A stretch of DNA of 54,096 bases, taken from IMG/VR virus record IMGVR_UViG_3300005613_000081, positions 1 to 54,096 of that record; one strand, written 5' to 3'. How positions within the stretch are numbered: position 1 is the stretch's first letter; every line of letters starts with the position of its first letter. Shown in pieces: positions 10,072 to 19,090 of this stretch. The DNA comes from a virus. Taxonomy: Duplodnaviria > Caudoviricetes. Position numbers and translations under genes: made by a program. The notes below the pieces were generated by a model. That model saw only the letters and a program-made list of their open reading frames with translations. It was not told the DNA's origin and made no database searches.

Positions 10072-11709
10072 ATGAGTTATGAAAATATAAGATTTTCAAA
10101 ATCAAATATGGTTGTTGATAGCGGTTATTTTTATATGTTTGATGAAACCAATGATTTATTGACACAAAAACTTGATGATGGTAGTATATCTTTTATTTAT
10201 CCTTTAGATACTCCTCTTTCTAATACAGTTAAAAGCTGTGAATTTGACGGAATTTACTTTTGGACTTTAGAAAATCCTGGTACTGATAGTATTATTAAAA
10301 GATGGAAAATAGAAAATAATACATGTAATTTAAAAGATACTTTTGTATTTGGTGATTTAACTGATCCTGATGGAATATGTGAGTCTAGAACTGTTTATGG
10401 TTTATCCTATCTTTGTTCTAAAGCTTTTGATAATAATGAAAGCAGTGGATATTATCATTCTGCATCTGGATATCCACATTGGATAGGATATGATTTTGGA
10501 GTAGGTAATCAGAAAAAAATAAATAAAGTAAGAATTAAATTTTATTATAACCATTATTCAGAAACAGTTGTTGTACAAGGATCTAATAGTTTAGATGTTA
10601 ACTGGGAAGATAAAGCATGGACAGATATATATACAATGACAGGCATTGATTCCTCAGGACATCAATGGAATGAAAGGGAATTTACTAATAACATAGCTTA
10701 TAGATTTTATAGATTATATGGAGCGGCAGCTGGCCCAGGAGGAAATACATATTGGTGTATATGGGAAATAGAAATGATGATAATTTCTTTAGATTCAGAA
10801 TCTTTTACTGTTGAACATTACCATACCTCATTGTCTACCACAATATCTGGCGGTGATGGTGTTATACAGGTAAGCAATTATTATGATACAGTTATAAGTG
10901 GTGGTGTAACTTTAACTATAGGACCAAATGGTTTATATCAATATGAAGATGTAGTAGTAAATTCTGTAAGTGGTACTAATATTACTTTAGTGTCTGGAAC
11001 ACAATATGACTATGAAATTGGAGATGATGTTGGTTTTTATTTGTATTTATGGGTTTTTGATAATGATGGTGATGGATCTTTGTGTAAAATCGATGCACGA
11101 ACAGGAACTTTGTTAAATCGATACTATGATTCTGAATATGATGATATTAAATCATGTACGTTTTATAAGGTTACTAATGTGTTTGATAATAATGTAGATG
11201 CCTTGATTTATGTTAAATCTAATAATCTTAAGTTTATCAGTGTAGATGATTTAAGTACTTATGGTACGATGATTATGGATAACTTGAGAGTAGATGGAAT
11301 TACGGTTATTCCTATTTATGACATTAGTATTGATATTAAAAATGTGTATAGATTACAAGGTGAAGCTACTTATTATGGTGTAGATAATGATTGGGGAGAT
11401 TTATATAATTATCAGGTATCTACTACTAGACCTTTTGTTGATTCTATAACTGTTGCCGCTAGCCCATTAATTTTACCAGCTAATGCTAAGAATGTTACAC
11501 AGGTAACTGCTGCCGTTTTTGATCAGTATGGGAATGGTTCTGAAAACAAGCCAGTGTCTTTTACAGATGATGATAGTGTAGGATATATACTCACTAATCC
11601 GGCTTATACAGATTATTTTTTTGGCACAGGTCAAGCAAAGACTGCATATAGGGCTGGGGTAGTAGAACATACAGTTAATATAGAGGGGACTGTTACACAA
11701 TATGATTAA
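10072..11709 (+). CDS. Virion protein, 'MSYEN' copy 2, with an inserted F5/8-type C-like domain and a C-terminal Big-1 domain
   Basis: Aligns with copy 1 except for an insert at about 10351-10785 (KAFD...HWIGYDFG...INKVRI...VQGS...W...YRFYRL...EIEM), a discoidin/CBM32 pattern. Confidence 0.7.
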   Translation: MSYENIRFSKSNMVVDSGYFYMFDETNDLLTQKLDDGSISFIYPLDTPLSNTVKSCEFDGIYFWTLENPGTDSIIKRWKIENNTCNLKDTFVFGDLTDPDGICESRTVYGLSYLCSKAFDNNESSGYYHSASGYPHWIGYDFGVGNQKKINKVRIKFYYNHYSETVVVQGSNSLDVNWEDKAWTDIYTMTGIDSSGHQWNEREFTNNIAYRFYRLYGAAAGPGGNTYWCIWEIEMMIISLDSESFTVEHYHTSLSTTISGGDGVIQVSNYYDTVISGGVTLTIGPNGLYQYEDVVVNSVSGTNITLVSGTQYDYEIGDDVGFYLYLWVFDNDGDGSLCKIDARTGTLLNRYYDSEYDDIKSCTFYKVTNVFDNNVDALIYVKSNNLKFISVDDLSTYGTMIMDNLRVDGITVIPIYDISIDIKNVYRLQGEATYYGVDNDWGDLYNYQVSTTRPFVDSITVAASPLILPANAKNVTQVTAAVFDQYGNGSENKPVSFTDDDSVGYILTNPAYTDYFFGTGQAKTAYRAGVVEHTVNIEGTVTQYD

Positions 11710-11720
11710 GGTGTTTATTT

Positions 11721-14324
11721 ATGGCATATGAAAATGTTCAATTCCCATGTAAAAATTTTTGTATATTTCCCATAGTTGGTAATTTTTGTAGTATTGACTA
11801 TGATAATAGTTTGATGCAAGTAAAAAATTCGAGCGGGGATTTGATAAAAATATATAATTTAGATAATAGTGTTAATGAAATTGTATCTATAGAGTATGTT
11901 GGTCCAAGAGATGTTGGGGTATCATTAAGCCAGTTGGGGGAATGTTTACCTTTTTTTAGTTTAGATAGAGACGACGATGTTTATTTTATTAGAGAATGGC
12001 GATTAAATGCATCGAATTCGCAATTAGAATTGTATAATACCATAAGTGGGTCAGTTAATGACATTGATTGTTATGATATGTCTGTTGAATATTATTCTAC
12101 AGAATTTGCGGATGCTACAGTAACTGGTACTGGTCGAATAAAAATAGATGACTACAGTAATATATCTATTGGTGATCAGTTGTTGTTGGGTCCAAGTAGT
12201 GATATGGATAATCAATACGCATTTGAATGGGCGGAAGTAACAACTGTCAGTGGTGAATGGGTTTATATTACTTCGGAAGGAGTTACTCCACCACATTATG
12301 AATATGATGATGGGGATAAAATCACTTATTATAAAGATATTTTTCTTTTTAGTGATAATGATCAATATGGTAATACTACTAAAGGGTCTTTGTATAGGAT
12401 AGATTCTAGTGATGGGTCTATTTTGAATGTAGAAGATAGTGGTATTTATTCTGGTGTAAGAGCTTCTGCGTGGAGTTCTGTTTATCAGTGTATAGGAATG
12501 GTTAATGGGTCAAATTTGTTATATATTGATCCTGGTAATGAGTATGATGTACAAAAATCACATGTATTAACTAATATAGAGAGTGATTATGTAACAACTA
12601 TTCCAGTTTATGATTTAATTTTTGATTCAAATACTATTTATAGGTTACAACAAAAGATAACATTAAAAGATGATGATGGTGATAGGTCTACTACAGATTG
12701 GTCACCTTATTACAATTACCACCAAGATACTATAGCGCCTTATACTAGTAGTATATCGCTATCTGTAGATCCAGATGGCGTGGTGTTAAATGATGATCAG
12801 GTAACTATAACAGCTGTAGTTAGAGATCAATATGGGGTTGGGTTATTAAGTAAATTACTTTATTTTACTAAGACCGGTGGAGATATGGGTGGTAGTTTTG
12901 ATCCCATAAATGGTCAGGTATATACAAATGCTAGTGGTATAGCTACTATTATATATAATACTGGGGATTATGATTTGGGTGGTACTAATTCAGAAATAGA
13001 TATAAAAGCAAAAACCGATGGATCTTCTACTTTGACTGGAAGTTCATATGTTTGGGATAATGTTTCTTTATTTTTATACAGTAATTTTACTATTAATTTA
13101 ATAAATTTTACACAAAAACCAACTTTAAGTGGTGTTTGGCCCACTTATGGGTCTGATTTATATAATCAAATATATATGACTCAGATAAGTGGGATGGAAA
13201 GTGAATTTAATGTTAAACAATTAAATAAATTTCAATTTCCTGGTGGTCCCTGGAGTATAAATTCAGCACCTAACGATAATACAACTGTTATAAGGCAATT
13301 GTTAGATAGAGAGGACAAGTTAAAACTTGACCAATTGGTTAATCCATTTGAGAAGGTAGTATATGCTTTTCAGGATGAGGGGCAATCTAATGATTTACAA
13401 ATAAGTCAAACCTATGTTAGTAGACATTTAAGTTCTGGACATCAAGATGATGTGGATATAGACCAATTTAGATTTGTAGAAGATGCTATCCCAGCATTTT
13501 GGTCAGAAAAAAATTCTAAGGATACTGATATATGGATAAGATTAAGACCATTTGCCTATGATTTAAATGGTAGTACATTAATTTTCAGGGTAAGAGAAAT
13601 TTCCTACGCTGGTGATACTGGTTATGTAAATGTTACATCGTCTTGTGTAGTAACTCCGTTTGATGCTGGTGGTAGTTTACAAGGGCTAGATATACTTTAT
13701 AATCCAAACAATGATTTTCATCACAATGCTGTTGTGTATGTTAGTATAGAAGTATACGATAACGCTCCTGTTCCAAATATTATATTAACTGACTATTGGT
13801 TTAGAATAATACCAGATTATACTACTCCTTATATAACTAATGAGGACCCATCAAGGGAGGAGGAAGATGTTGTAGTTAATACTAATATATCTTTTGATAT
13901 TATAGATGTTGGTGTTGGTGTAGATATTGATACACTAGAGTTTTATGTAAATGCTAGAAAGGTTAATACATATTCTGTTTCGAATATATCTGGGGGGTAT
14001 CATGTAAGTTATAATCCTAGTAATAATTTTTATTACGGTGAAAATGTGGAAGTTACGGTTAAAGTAAAGGATGCTTCAGATAATGAAAATATGCTATATG
14101 ACATGTGGAGGTTTTATGTAATAGGTAGTACTGGACCATGGATTGATAGAGGTAGTTTTAATCCAAAAAATTGCTCTTATGGTGTTTATAGAAAACAGAC
14201 TGGTATATATTTTAATGTTTATAGTATTGATGATACAGGTGTTGATAGGGAAAGTATATTAGTTACTATTGGTGGTAAGGAAAGACAGGTTGTTATTACT
14301 CCTATAATTTATAGGCAGGAATAA
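11721..14324 (+). CDS. Virion protein, 'MAYEN' copy 3, Big-1 plus further Ig-like domains
   Basis: Shares the VEYY/VEHY, LGP, GD.I.YY and YRLQ blocks and the Big-1 pattern (ITAVVRDQYG...TNASGIAT). C-terminal PYITNEDP...NISFDI.D...GVD..T domains are Ig-like. Confidence 0.7.
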   Translation: MAYENVQFPCKNFCIFPIVGNFCSIDYDNSLMQVKNSSGDLIKIYNLDNSVNEIVSIEYVGPRDVGVSLSQLGECLPFFSLDRDDDVYFIREWRLNASNSQLELYNTISGSVNDIDCYDMSVEYYSTEFADATVTGTGRIKIDDYSNISIGDQLLLGPSSDMDNQYAFEWAEVTTVSGEWVYITSEGVTPPHYEYDDGDKITYYKDIFLFSDNDQYGNTTKGSLYRIDSSDGSILNVEDSGIYSGVRASAWSSVYQCIGMVNGSNLLYIDPGNEYDVQKSHVLTNIESDYVTTIPVYDLIFDSNTIYRLQQKITLKDDDGDRSTTDWSPYYNYHQDTIAPYTSSISLSVDPDGVVLNDDQVTITAVVRDQYGVGLLSKLLYFTKTGGDMGGSFDPINGQVYTNASGIATIIYNTGDYDLGGTNSEIDIKAKTDGSSTLTGSSYVWDNVSLFLYSNFTINLINFTQKPTLSGVWPTYGSDLYNQIYMTQISGMESEFNVKQLNKFQFPGGPWSINSAPNDNTTVIRQLLDREDKLKLDQLVNPFEKVVYAFQDEGQSNDLQISQTYVSRHLSSGHQDDVDIDQFRFVEDAIPAFWSEKNSKDTDIWIRLRPFAYDLNGSTLIFRVREISYAGDTGYVNVTSSCVVTPFDAGGSLQGLDILYNPNNDFHHNAVVYVSIEVYDNAPVPNIILTDYWFRIIPDYTTPYITNEDPSREEEDVVVNTNISFDIIDVGVGVDIDTLEFYVNARKVNTYSVSNISGGYHVSYNPSNNFYYGENVEVTVKVKDASDNENMLYDMWRFYVIGSTGPWIDRGSFNPKNCSYGVYRKQTGIYFNVYSIDDTGVDRESILVTIGGKERQVVITPIIYRQE

Positions 14325-14398
14325 TCTAACTAATATATATAGAGGACATTATTAAGTAGTAAATTGTAATTTATAAAATAATATTGTGTTGAGATAAA

Positions 14399-15826
14399 AT
14401 GGATAAATTAACAATTAGTGCAGCTTATTATACATCTACAGATACTGATGGTCAATCTAATTTAGATGTGTCAGCATCTCATTTTATAGATGGTGATGTT
14501 GGGTCTTACACAAATTTAGGTCCTGGACGTACTGCAGCAAGTATTGGTGGAGATTTAGGTTCTGCAAAGCCTGTTTCTAGAATTGAAACTTCTACGGATG
14601 CTGATTCATGGTCTAATTTTAAGGTTTTTTATAATTCTACTAATGGATCTTCTGGTTGGACTGAGGTTAGTAATTTAAGTGTTGATAAATATAATGCTGC
14701 TGGTGAAGGAGTTGGCGGACAATACCTTAATCAGTGGAATTTTACAGAAGTAAGTGCTAGATGGTGGAAAGTATGGGGAGATGACGGTAGTTCTACTGGT
14801 GCTCAGTCCGTTAGAGAGTTAGAAATATACGGTGTTACACCTAGTAGTAGTAGTTCTAGTTCTGAGTCTAGTTCTTCTAGCTCAGAGTCCAGTTCTTCAT
14901 CTAGTTCAAGTGAGTCTAGTTCTAGTTCAAGTGAGTCTAGCTCTAGTTCAGAATCTAGCTCAAGTAGTTCAAGTGAATCAAGTTCAAGTAGTTCAAGTGA
15001 ATCTAGTTCTAGTAGTTCTAGTTCAAGTGAGTCTAGTTCTAGTTCAAGTGAGTCTAGTTCTAGTTCAAGTGAGTATAGTTCTAGTTCAAGTGAGTCTAGT
15101 TCTAGTTCAAGTGAGTCTAGTTCAAGTAGTTCAAGCGAATCTAGTTCTAGTAGTTCTAGTTCAGAATCTAGTTCTAGTTCAAGTGAATCAAGTTCTAGTT
15201 CTAGTTCAGCTGATCAGACTTTAGTTATAGACAATTTTTCTATGAATGTCGGTGAATGGTTGTCAATTGTAGATTTGGATTCGTTTAGTGTAGATGTGGT
15301 AGACCATAAGTATAATGTTAGTGTGTCTGGTACTTATTTTTTGTGTGATGGGTATGTTGTACCCACAAGTTATTCTGGAATAAATGATGGTTACAAATTT
15401 TATTATTCTCCTACCACAATTAGTGGTGAATTAGATTTAACTATTCATGCTAAGAATGATAATAATGAGGTTAAAGAAGAGGATTATCATATATTATATG
15501 GATATAATGTATCATTTAATCAAATAATAGATTGGGGAGTTAATACAGATGTTGTTGTAACTATAGATGTAAAAAATGAGGTTTCATGTCCTAACACTGA
15601 GGGGGATGCTTTTTATTTTAGAACGGCTGATTTTCATTCATATGATTTGAATGCTGTTGTTAGGGCTGTAGAATCTACTGATTTAAACGCTGTTATTTAT
15701 CCTCAAAATACATTTTTCTTTTACGGAAGGACTTATAGTGTTACTATATCTGGAGTTAGGGATTATGCTGGGAATGATATGGAGAATTTTAATTTTACTT
15801 TTACGATTGAGAACCCAAATAATTAG
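14399..15826 (+). CDS. Adhesin-like virion protein: F5/8-type C-like domain, poly-Ser/Glu linker, Ig-like C-terminus
   Basis: N-terminal IDG...GGDLGSAK.VSRI...W...ARWWKV...ELEIYG. About 122 aa of S/E linker. C-terminal TYSVTISGVRDYAGN..FTFT is a Big-5/SbsA-type pattern. Confidence 0.7.
   Translation: MDKLTISAAYYTSTDTDGQSNLDVSASHFIDGDVGSYTNLGPGRTAASIGGDLGSAKPVSRIETSTDADSWSNFKVFYNSTNGSSGWTEVSNLSVDKYNAAGEGVGGQYLNQWNFTEVSARWWKVWGDDGSSTGAQSVRELEIYGVTPSSSSSSSESSSSSSESSSSSSSSESSSSSSESSSSSESSSSSSSESSSSSSSESSSSSSSSSESSSSSSESSSSSSEYSSSSSESSSSSSESSSSSSSESSSSSSSSESSSSSSESSSSSSSADQTLVIDNFSMNVGEWLSIVDLDSFSVDVVDHKYNVSVSGTYFLCDGYVVPTSYSGINDGYKFYYSPTTISGELDLTIHAKNDNNEVKEEDYHILYGYNVSFNQIIDWGVNTDVVVTIDVKNEVSCPNTEGDAFYFRTADFHSYDLNAVVRAVESTDLNAVIYPQNTFFFYGRTYSVTISGVRDYAGNDMENFNFTFTIENPNN
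14843..15208 (+). repeat. Coding low-complexity repeat (S5-9E)n, including 21-bp units
   Basis: gagtctagttctagttcaagt occurs at 15029, 15050, 15071 (one mismatch) and 15092, within a degenerate TCTAGT array. Confidence 0.95.
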
Positions 15827-15835
15827 GGAGGAAGT

Positions 15836-16915
15836 ATGAAAAGGCTTACATATGAATTTGTTAAGGAACAGTTTGAAAAGGAAGGGTATGAGTTATTGAG
15901 TAAGGAATATGTAAATGCTAAAACTAAATTAGAATATAGATGTCCTAAAGGGCATAGGCATAATATTAAATTTAGTGATTGGAGACAAAATAGGAGGTGT
16001 CCTATTTGTTCAAGAGAAAAGGGAGTTGCTAAGAGGCGAGTACCCTTAGAGTTTATTAAAGCATCTTTTAAAGAAGAAGGTTATATTCTTTTAAGCACGG
16101 AATATAAAAATTGTGATTATAAATTAGATTACATTTGTCCGGAAGGGCATAAACACAGTATTTCATGGCATAATTGGAAAAGTGGTTGGCGTTGCCCTTA
16201 TTGTTATGATGAGTTTAGGAGAGGTCAAGCAACTAAAAAGACAATTGAATTTATTAGAGAACAGTTCAAAAATGAAAATTATAAACTTTTGACTGAAAAG
16301 TATGCCGATGCTCATCAGAAATTAGAGTATATTTGTCCTAATGGTCATAAGAGTGATATTAATTGGAATGTTTGGCAACAAGGGCATAGGTGTTTTTATT
16401 GTGCTATTGATAGAACTGCTGATAAAAATAGATTAAATATAGAATTTATAAGAACCGAGTTTGTTAAAGAAAACTATCAGCTTTTAACTAACAAATATAA
16501 AAACGCTCATCAAAAATTAGAGTATGTCTGCCCAGAAGGGCATAAACATAAAATAAGTTGGAGTGATTGGAAACAGGGTAATAGGTGTCCTTATTGTGCT
16601 ATTGTAGCTTCAAAAGGCGAAATCGAAGTAAGAAATTTTATTGAATCTTTAGAAATTAAAGTTTCGCCGAATGATCGAAGCCAAATTTTTAACCCGGAAA
16701 CTAGAAATGGTTTAGAATTAGATATTTTCATACCAGTCCTAAACAAAGCCATCGAATATAATGGTGAATATTGGCATCAAAACAAAAATAAAGATTTGCT
16801 TAAACAGGAATTGTGTAAGTTAAAAAATATAGAATTATTAACGGTGTGGGAGAATGATTGGAAAAAAGAAAAAAATATTTGTGAGAATAAAATAAAAGAA
16901 TTCATATTTAATTAA
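15836..16915 (+). CDS. Zn-binding repeat (4x) + Vsr/DUF559-like PD-(D/E)XK endonuclease, copy 1 (homing-endonuclease-like)
   Basis: Four EF..E.Y.LL...Y.....KL.Y.CP.GH.....W..W....RC..C repeats, then SKGE...ELDIF...AIEYNGEYWH...D..K. Confidence 0.8.
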   Translation: MKRLTYEFVKEQFEKEGYELLSKEYVNAKTKLEYRCPKGHRHNIKFSDWRQNRRCPICSREKGVAKRRVPLEFIKASFKEEGYILLSTEYKNCDYKLDYICPEGHKHSISWHNWKSGWRCPYCYDEFRRGQATKKTIEFIREQFKNENYKLLTEKYADAHQKLEYICPNGHKSDINWNVWQQGHRCFYCAIDRTADKNRLNIEFIRTEFVKENYQLLTNKYKNAHQKLEYVCPEGHKHKISWSDWKQGNRCPYCAIVASKGEIEVRNFIESLEIKVSPNDRSQIFNPETRNGLELDIFIPVLNKAIEYNGEYWHQNKNKDLLKQELCKLKNIELLTVWENDWKKEKNICENKIKEFIFN

Positions 16916-16930
16916 AGGAGGTTTTTAATT

Positions 16931-18511
16931 ATGGCGAGCGTTACGCGATGGACAAAATACGAAATAGATGCTATCGGATCTGCTGGTGATGGCGATGGGG
17001 AAGGATGTAAAGGTACTAGAGGATACTCAATTGGTACTGCTAGTGTTGGAGATACATTTACTATTGGTCCAACAACGAATAGACTACATCTTGCCATTGA
17101 TGGTGAGGCTGCTTCATATATTACTCTAGTTTCTGGTACTGATTTAGACCCAAGATTTGTAGCTAGAGATATAACGGAAAAATTACATCTTCTTAGTGGC
17201 CAAACTGAAGAATACTGGAGCCATGCTGTTTGTAGATGGGAGAATATACCAGATAAAGGTAATAGATTAAAAATTTATTCTGGTAGTTTAGGTAGTGGTT
17301 CTAGTGTTACTGTATCTAGCGGTACAAACGATGCTAAAACAGTGCTAGGTTTTGGAACTACGTCAGAAGTTGGTGGGTCTGCTACTGGTAATACTTTTGA
17401 TGGTACAGCTTCTGTTTCTGGTACATATTACGGATTTTTCGACGAAATGTATAAAGTAGTGATTGCTTGTGATAATGGTGGTTATGTAAGAGGGGTAGAT
17501 ACTCCTAGTCATACTGGCGGTACTTATGCTGGCACATTAACTACTGGTGGGATGTATAATGCTAGTCAAGATACTACTTATACAATTACGATAGATACTA
17601 CTAATGGTTCTACTATGGGTGCTGGCACTGGTAATGTTCCTCAAATGAGCTGGACTGATACTGGAACTGATACTGAGTCTACTGTTGATACTGAGTTATT
17701 ATATCCAAATTATTGGTATAAGGTAGGGACTAGGGGTCTAATGGTTAAGTTTACAGATGCTGCTTTTAGTAGTGATACTTGGACTGTTGCTTGTTATCAA
17801 CCTGATTATGCTCAGGGTACTAATGCAAGTGCACCGATAGGAGTTGCTAAATATACTTGGTCTTCTGATCGTGGGGATATGAGTAGTTCACCAATTACAA
17901 CAGTGTCTGGTGAGTATACAAGATTAGGGTCTAGAGGGCTGAATATAGAATTTGATGGTACTAATAATTTGTATGCTGGCGATGAGTTTTATGTTATAGT
18001 TGCTGCCCCACTACCATGTGATAAGGGTGAAGAAAGTTCTCATTATGATATTTCAAGTTTAAACTATGGCAATGTCACTGTATCAACAGAATCTGATGTT
18101 AAGTGTGTAATGTTTGAAATTGAAAGTGGCGCTGTTGAGATGAGTACGGTTAAATTTGGATTACAAAGCCATGGAAGTTTTAGTCATCATAACGAAGGTA
18201 ATAGTGATACATATTTTAGATTTGGTACAGTTGGTCCTGATAATACAGCTGGTACTTCTCCAACTAATGGTATTGAGTGGTATCCAGATATAGTGGCTGC
18301 AGATATAGATAGTGATGTTCCACCATCATATTTATATGCCACAGAAGATAATTTATCTGTTGTGGCTACGGCTGATCTTTCTGAAGCTGTTGGTAATTAT
18401 CCTTTATGTGGATTAACTAGTGACCCTCTGTGGTTAAATATTCATTTAGGGGCGAGTGAAACCGGTGCTAATAGTACTATTAATTACCGATGTTACTTTG
18501 ATTATAGTTAA
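16931..18511 (+). CDS. Gly/Thr-rich virion structural protein with sheath/flagellin-like accessory domains
   Basis: RBS aaggaggt. Carries the domain shared with 7221 and 24425, plus SGTY.G...YKVVI and GLNIEF....AGDEFYV beta-sandwich patterns. Confidence 0.55.
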   Translation: MASVTRWTKYEIDAIGSAGDGDGEGCKGTRGYSIGTASVGDTFTIGPTTNRLHLAIDGEAASYITLVSGTDLDPRFVARDITEKLHLLSGQTEEYWSHAVCRWENIPDKGNRLKIYSGSLGSGSSVTVSSGTNDAKTVLGFGTTSEVGGSATGNTFDGTASVSGTYYGFFDEMYKVVIACDNGGYVRGVDTPSHTGGTYAGTLTTGGMYNASQDTTYTITIDTTNGSTMGAGTGNVPQMSWTDTGTDTESTVDTELLYPNYWYKVGTRGLMVKFTDAAFSSDTWTVACYQPDYAQGTNASAPIGVAKYTWSSDRGDMSSSPITTVSGEYTRLGSRGLNIEFDGTNNLYAGDEFYVIVAAPLPCDKGEESSHYDISSLNYGNVTVSTESDVKCVMFEIESGAVEMSTVKFGLQSHGSFSHHNEGNSDTYFRFGTVGPDNTAGTSPTNGIEWYPDIVAADIDSDVPPSYLYATEDNLSVVATADLSEAVGNYPLCGLTSDPLWLNIHLGASETGANSTINYRCYFDYS

Positions 18512-18517
18512 TGGGTA

Positions 18518-18577
18518 TTTGATTTTATTATATAGTAAAATCAAAAAAATGGTTTATAATATATTAGATATTATAAA
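18518..18577. repeat. Two adjacent perfect 10-bp inverted repeats
   Basis: tttgatttta (18518-27) / taaaatcaaa (18536-45) and tttataatat (18553-62) / atattataaa (18568-77). Confidence 0.7.
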
Positions 18578-18694
18578 TAATTGTAGTATTAGATAAATAA
18601 ATATAAAATATAGATAATGAGTTTTATAAATAATTAAAAGGAAAAAACGACGATTTAATAGAATTACAGGCAAGGCAGTTTTTTATATAAAGGT

Positions 18695-18745
18695 AAGGAT
18701 AGATTGAATGGGAGTAGTGTCATTTGTCTATCCTTTTTTATTTTT
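18695..18745 (+). terminator. Probable intrinsic terminator
   Basis: aaggatagat-tgaatg ... cattt-gtctatcctt forms a stem with G-U pairs and runs into a T-rich tail (tttttta-ttttt). Confidence 0.6.
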
Positions 18746-18784
18746 ACAATAAATTTAACGAATTAGGAGAAGGAGGGTTAATAT

Positions 18785-19090
18785 ATGAATAGGTATTGGG
18801 AAGTCCAGTTAAAAGATGGGACTATTATACGTGAAGGACAAATGGAGTGGAGAAAAGTGCCTAAGAGGCATATTACCCGTTTGTCCTTATTTTTTGATCA
18901 TAAAAATTGGAATATTACTGGAAAAGAATCTTATTTTATTAAAAACAGAGCTTCTGTAGTGCCTGGTATCACAGAGTCTTTTAAAATTGAATCTAGGACA
19001 ATAGGTTTTTATGAAGGTGCTAAGAAAGTATGTTATACTGTTGATGAAAATACAGGTAAATTTAGTATGGAGGTTATAGATAATTCATAA
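18785..19090 (+). CDS. Hypothetical protein
   Basis: 101-aa ORF with RBS aggagg, coupled (TAATG) to the next gene. Confidence 0.75.
   Translation: MNRYWEVQLKDGTIIREGQMEWRKVPKRHITRLSLFFDHKNWNITGKESYFIKNRASVVPGITESFKIESRTIGFYEGAKKVCYTVDENTGKFSMEVIDNS

Noticed and set aside
14843-15208. CRISPR-like array in the repeated DNA
   Set aside because: There are no unique spacers; these are in-frame serine codon repeats.
14832-15224. Leu/Val/Gln-rich + strand ORF (also 37394..37774 and 37952..38743)
   Set aside because: These are off-frame readings of the TCTAGT serine arrays (CTA-GTT). They have no RBS and lie wholly within longer genes.
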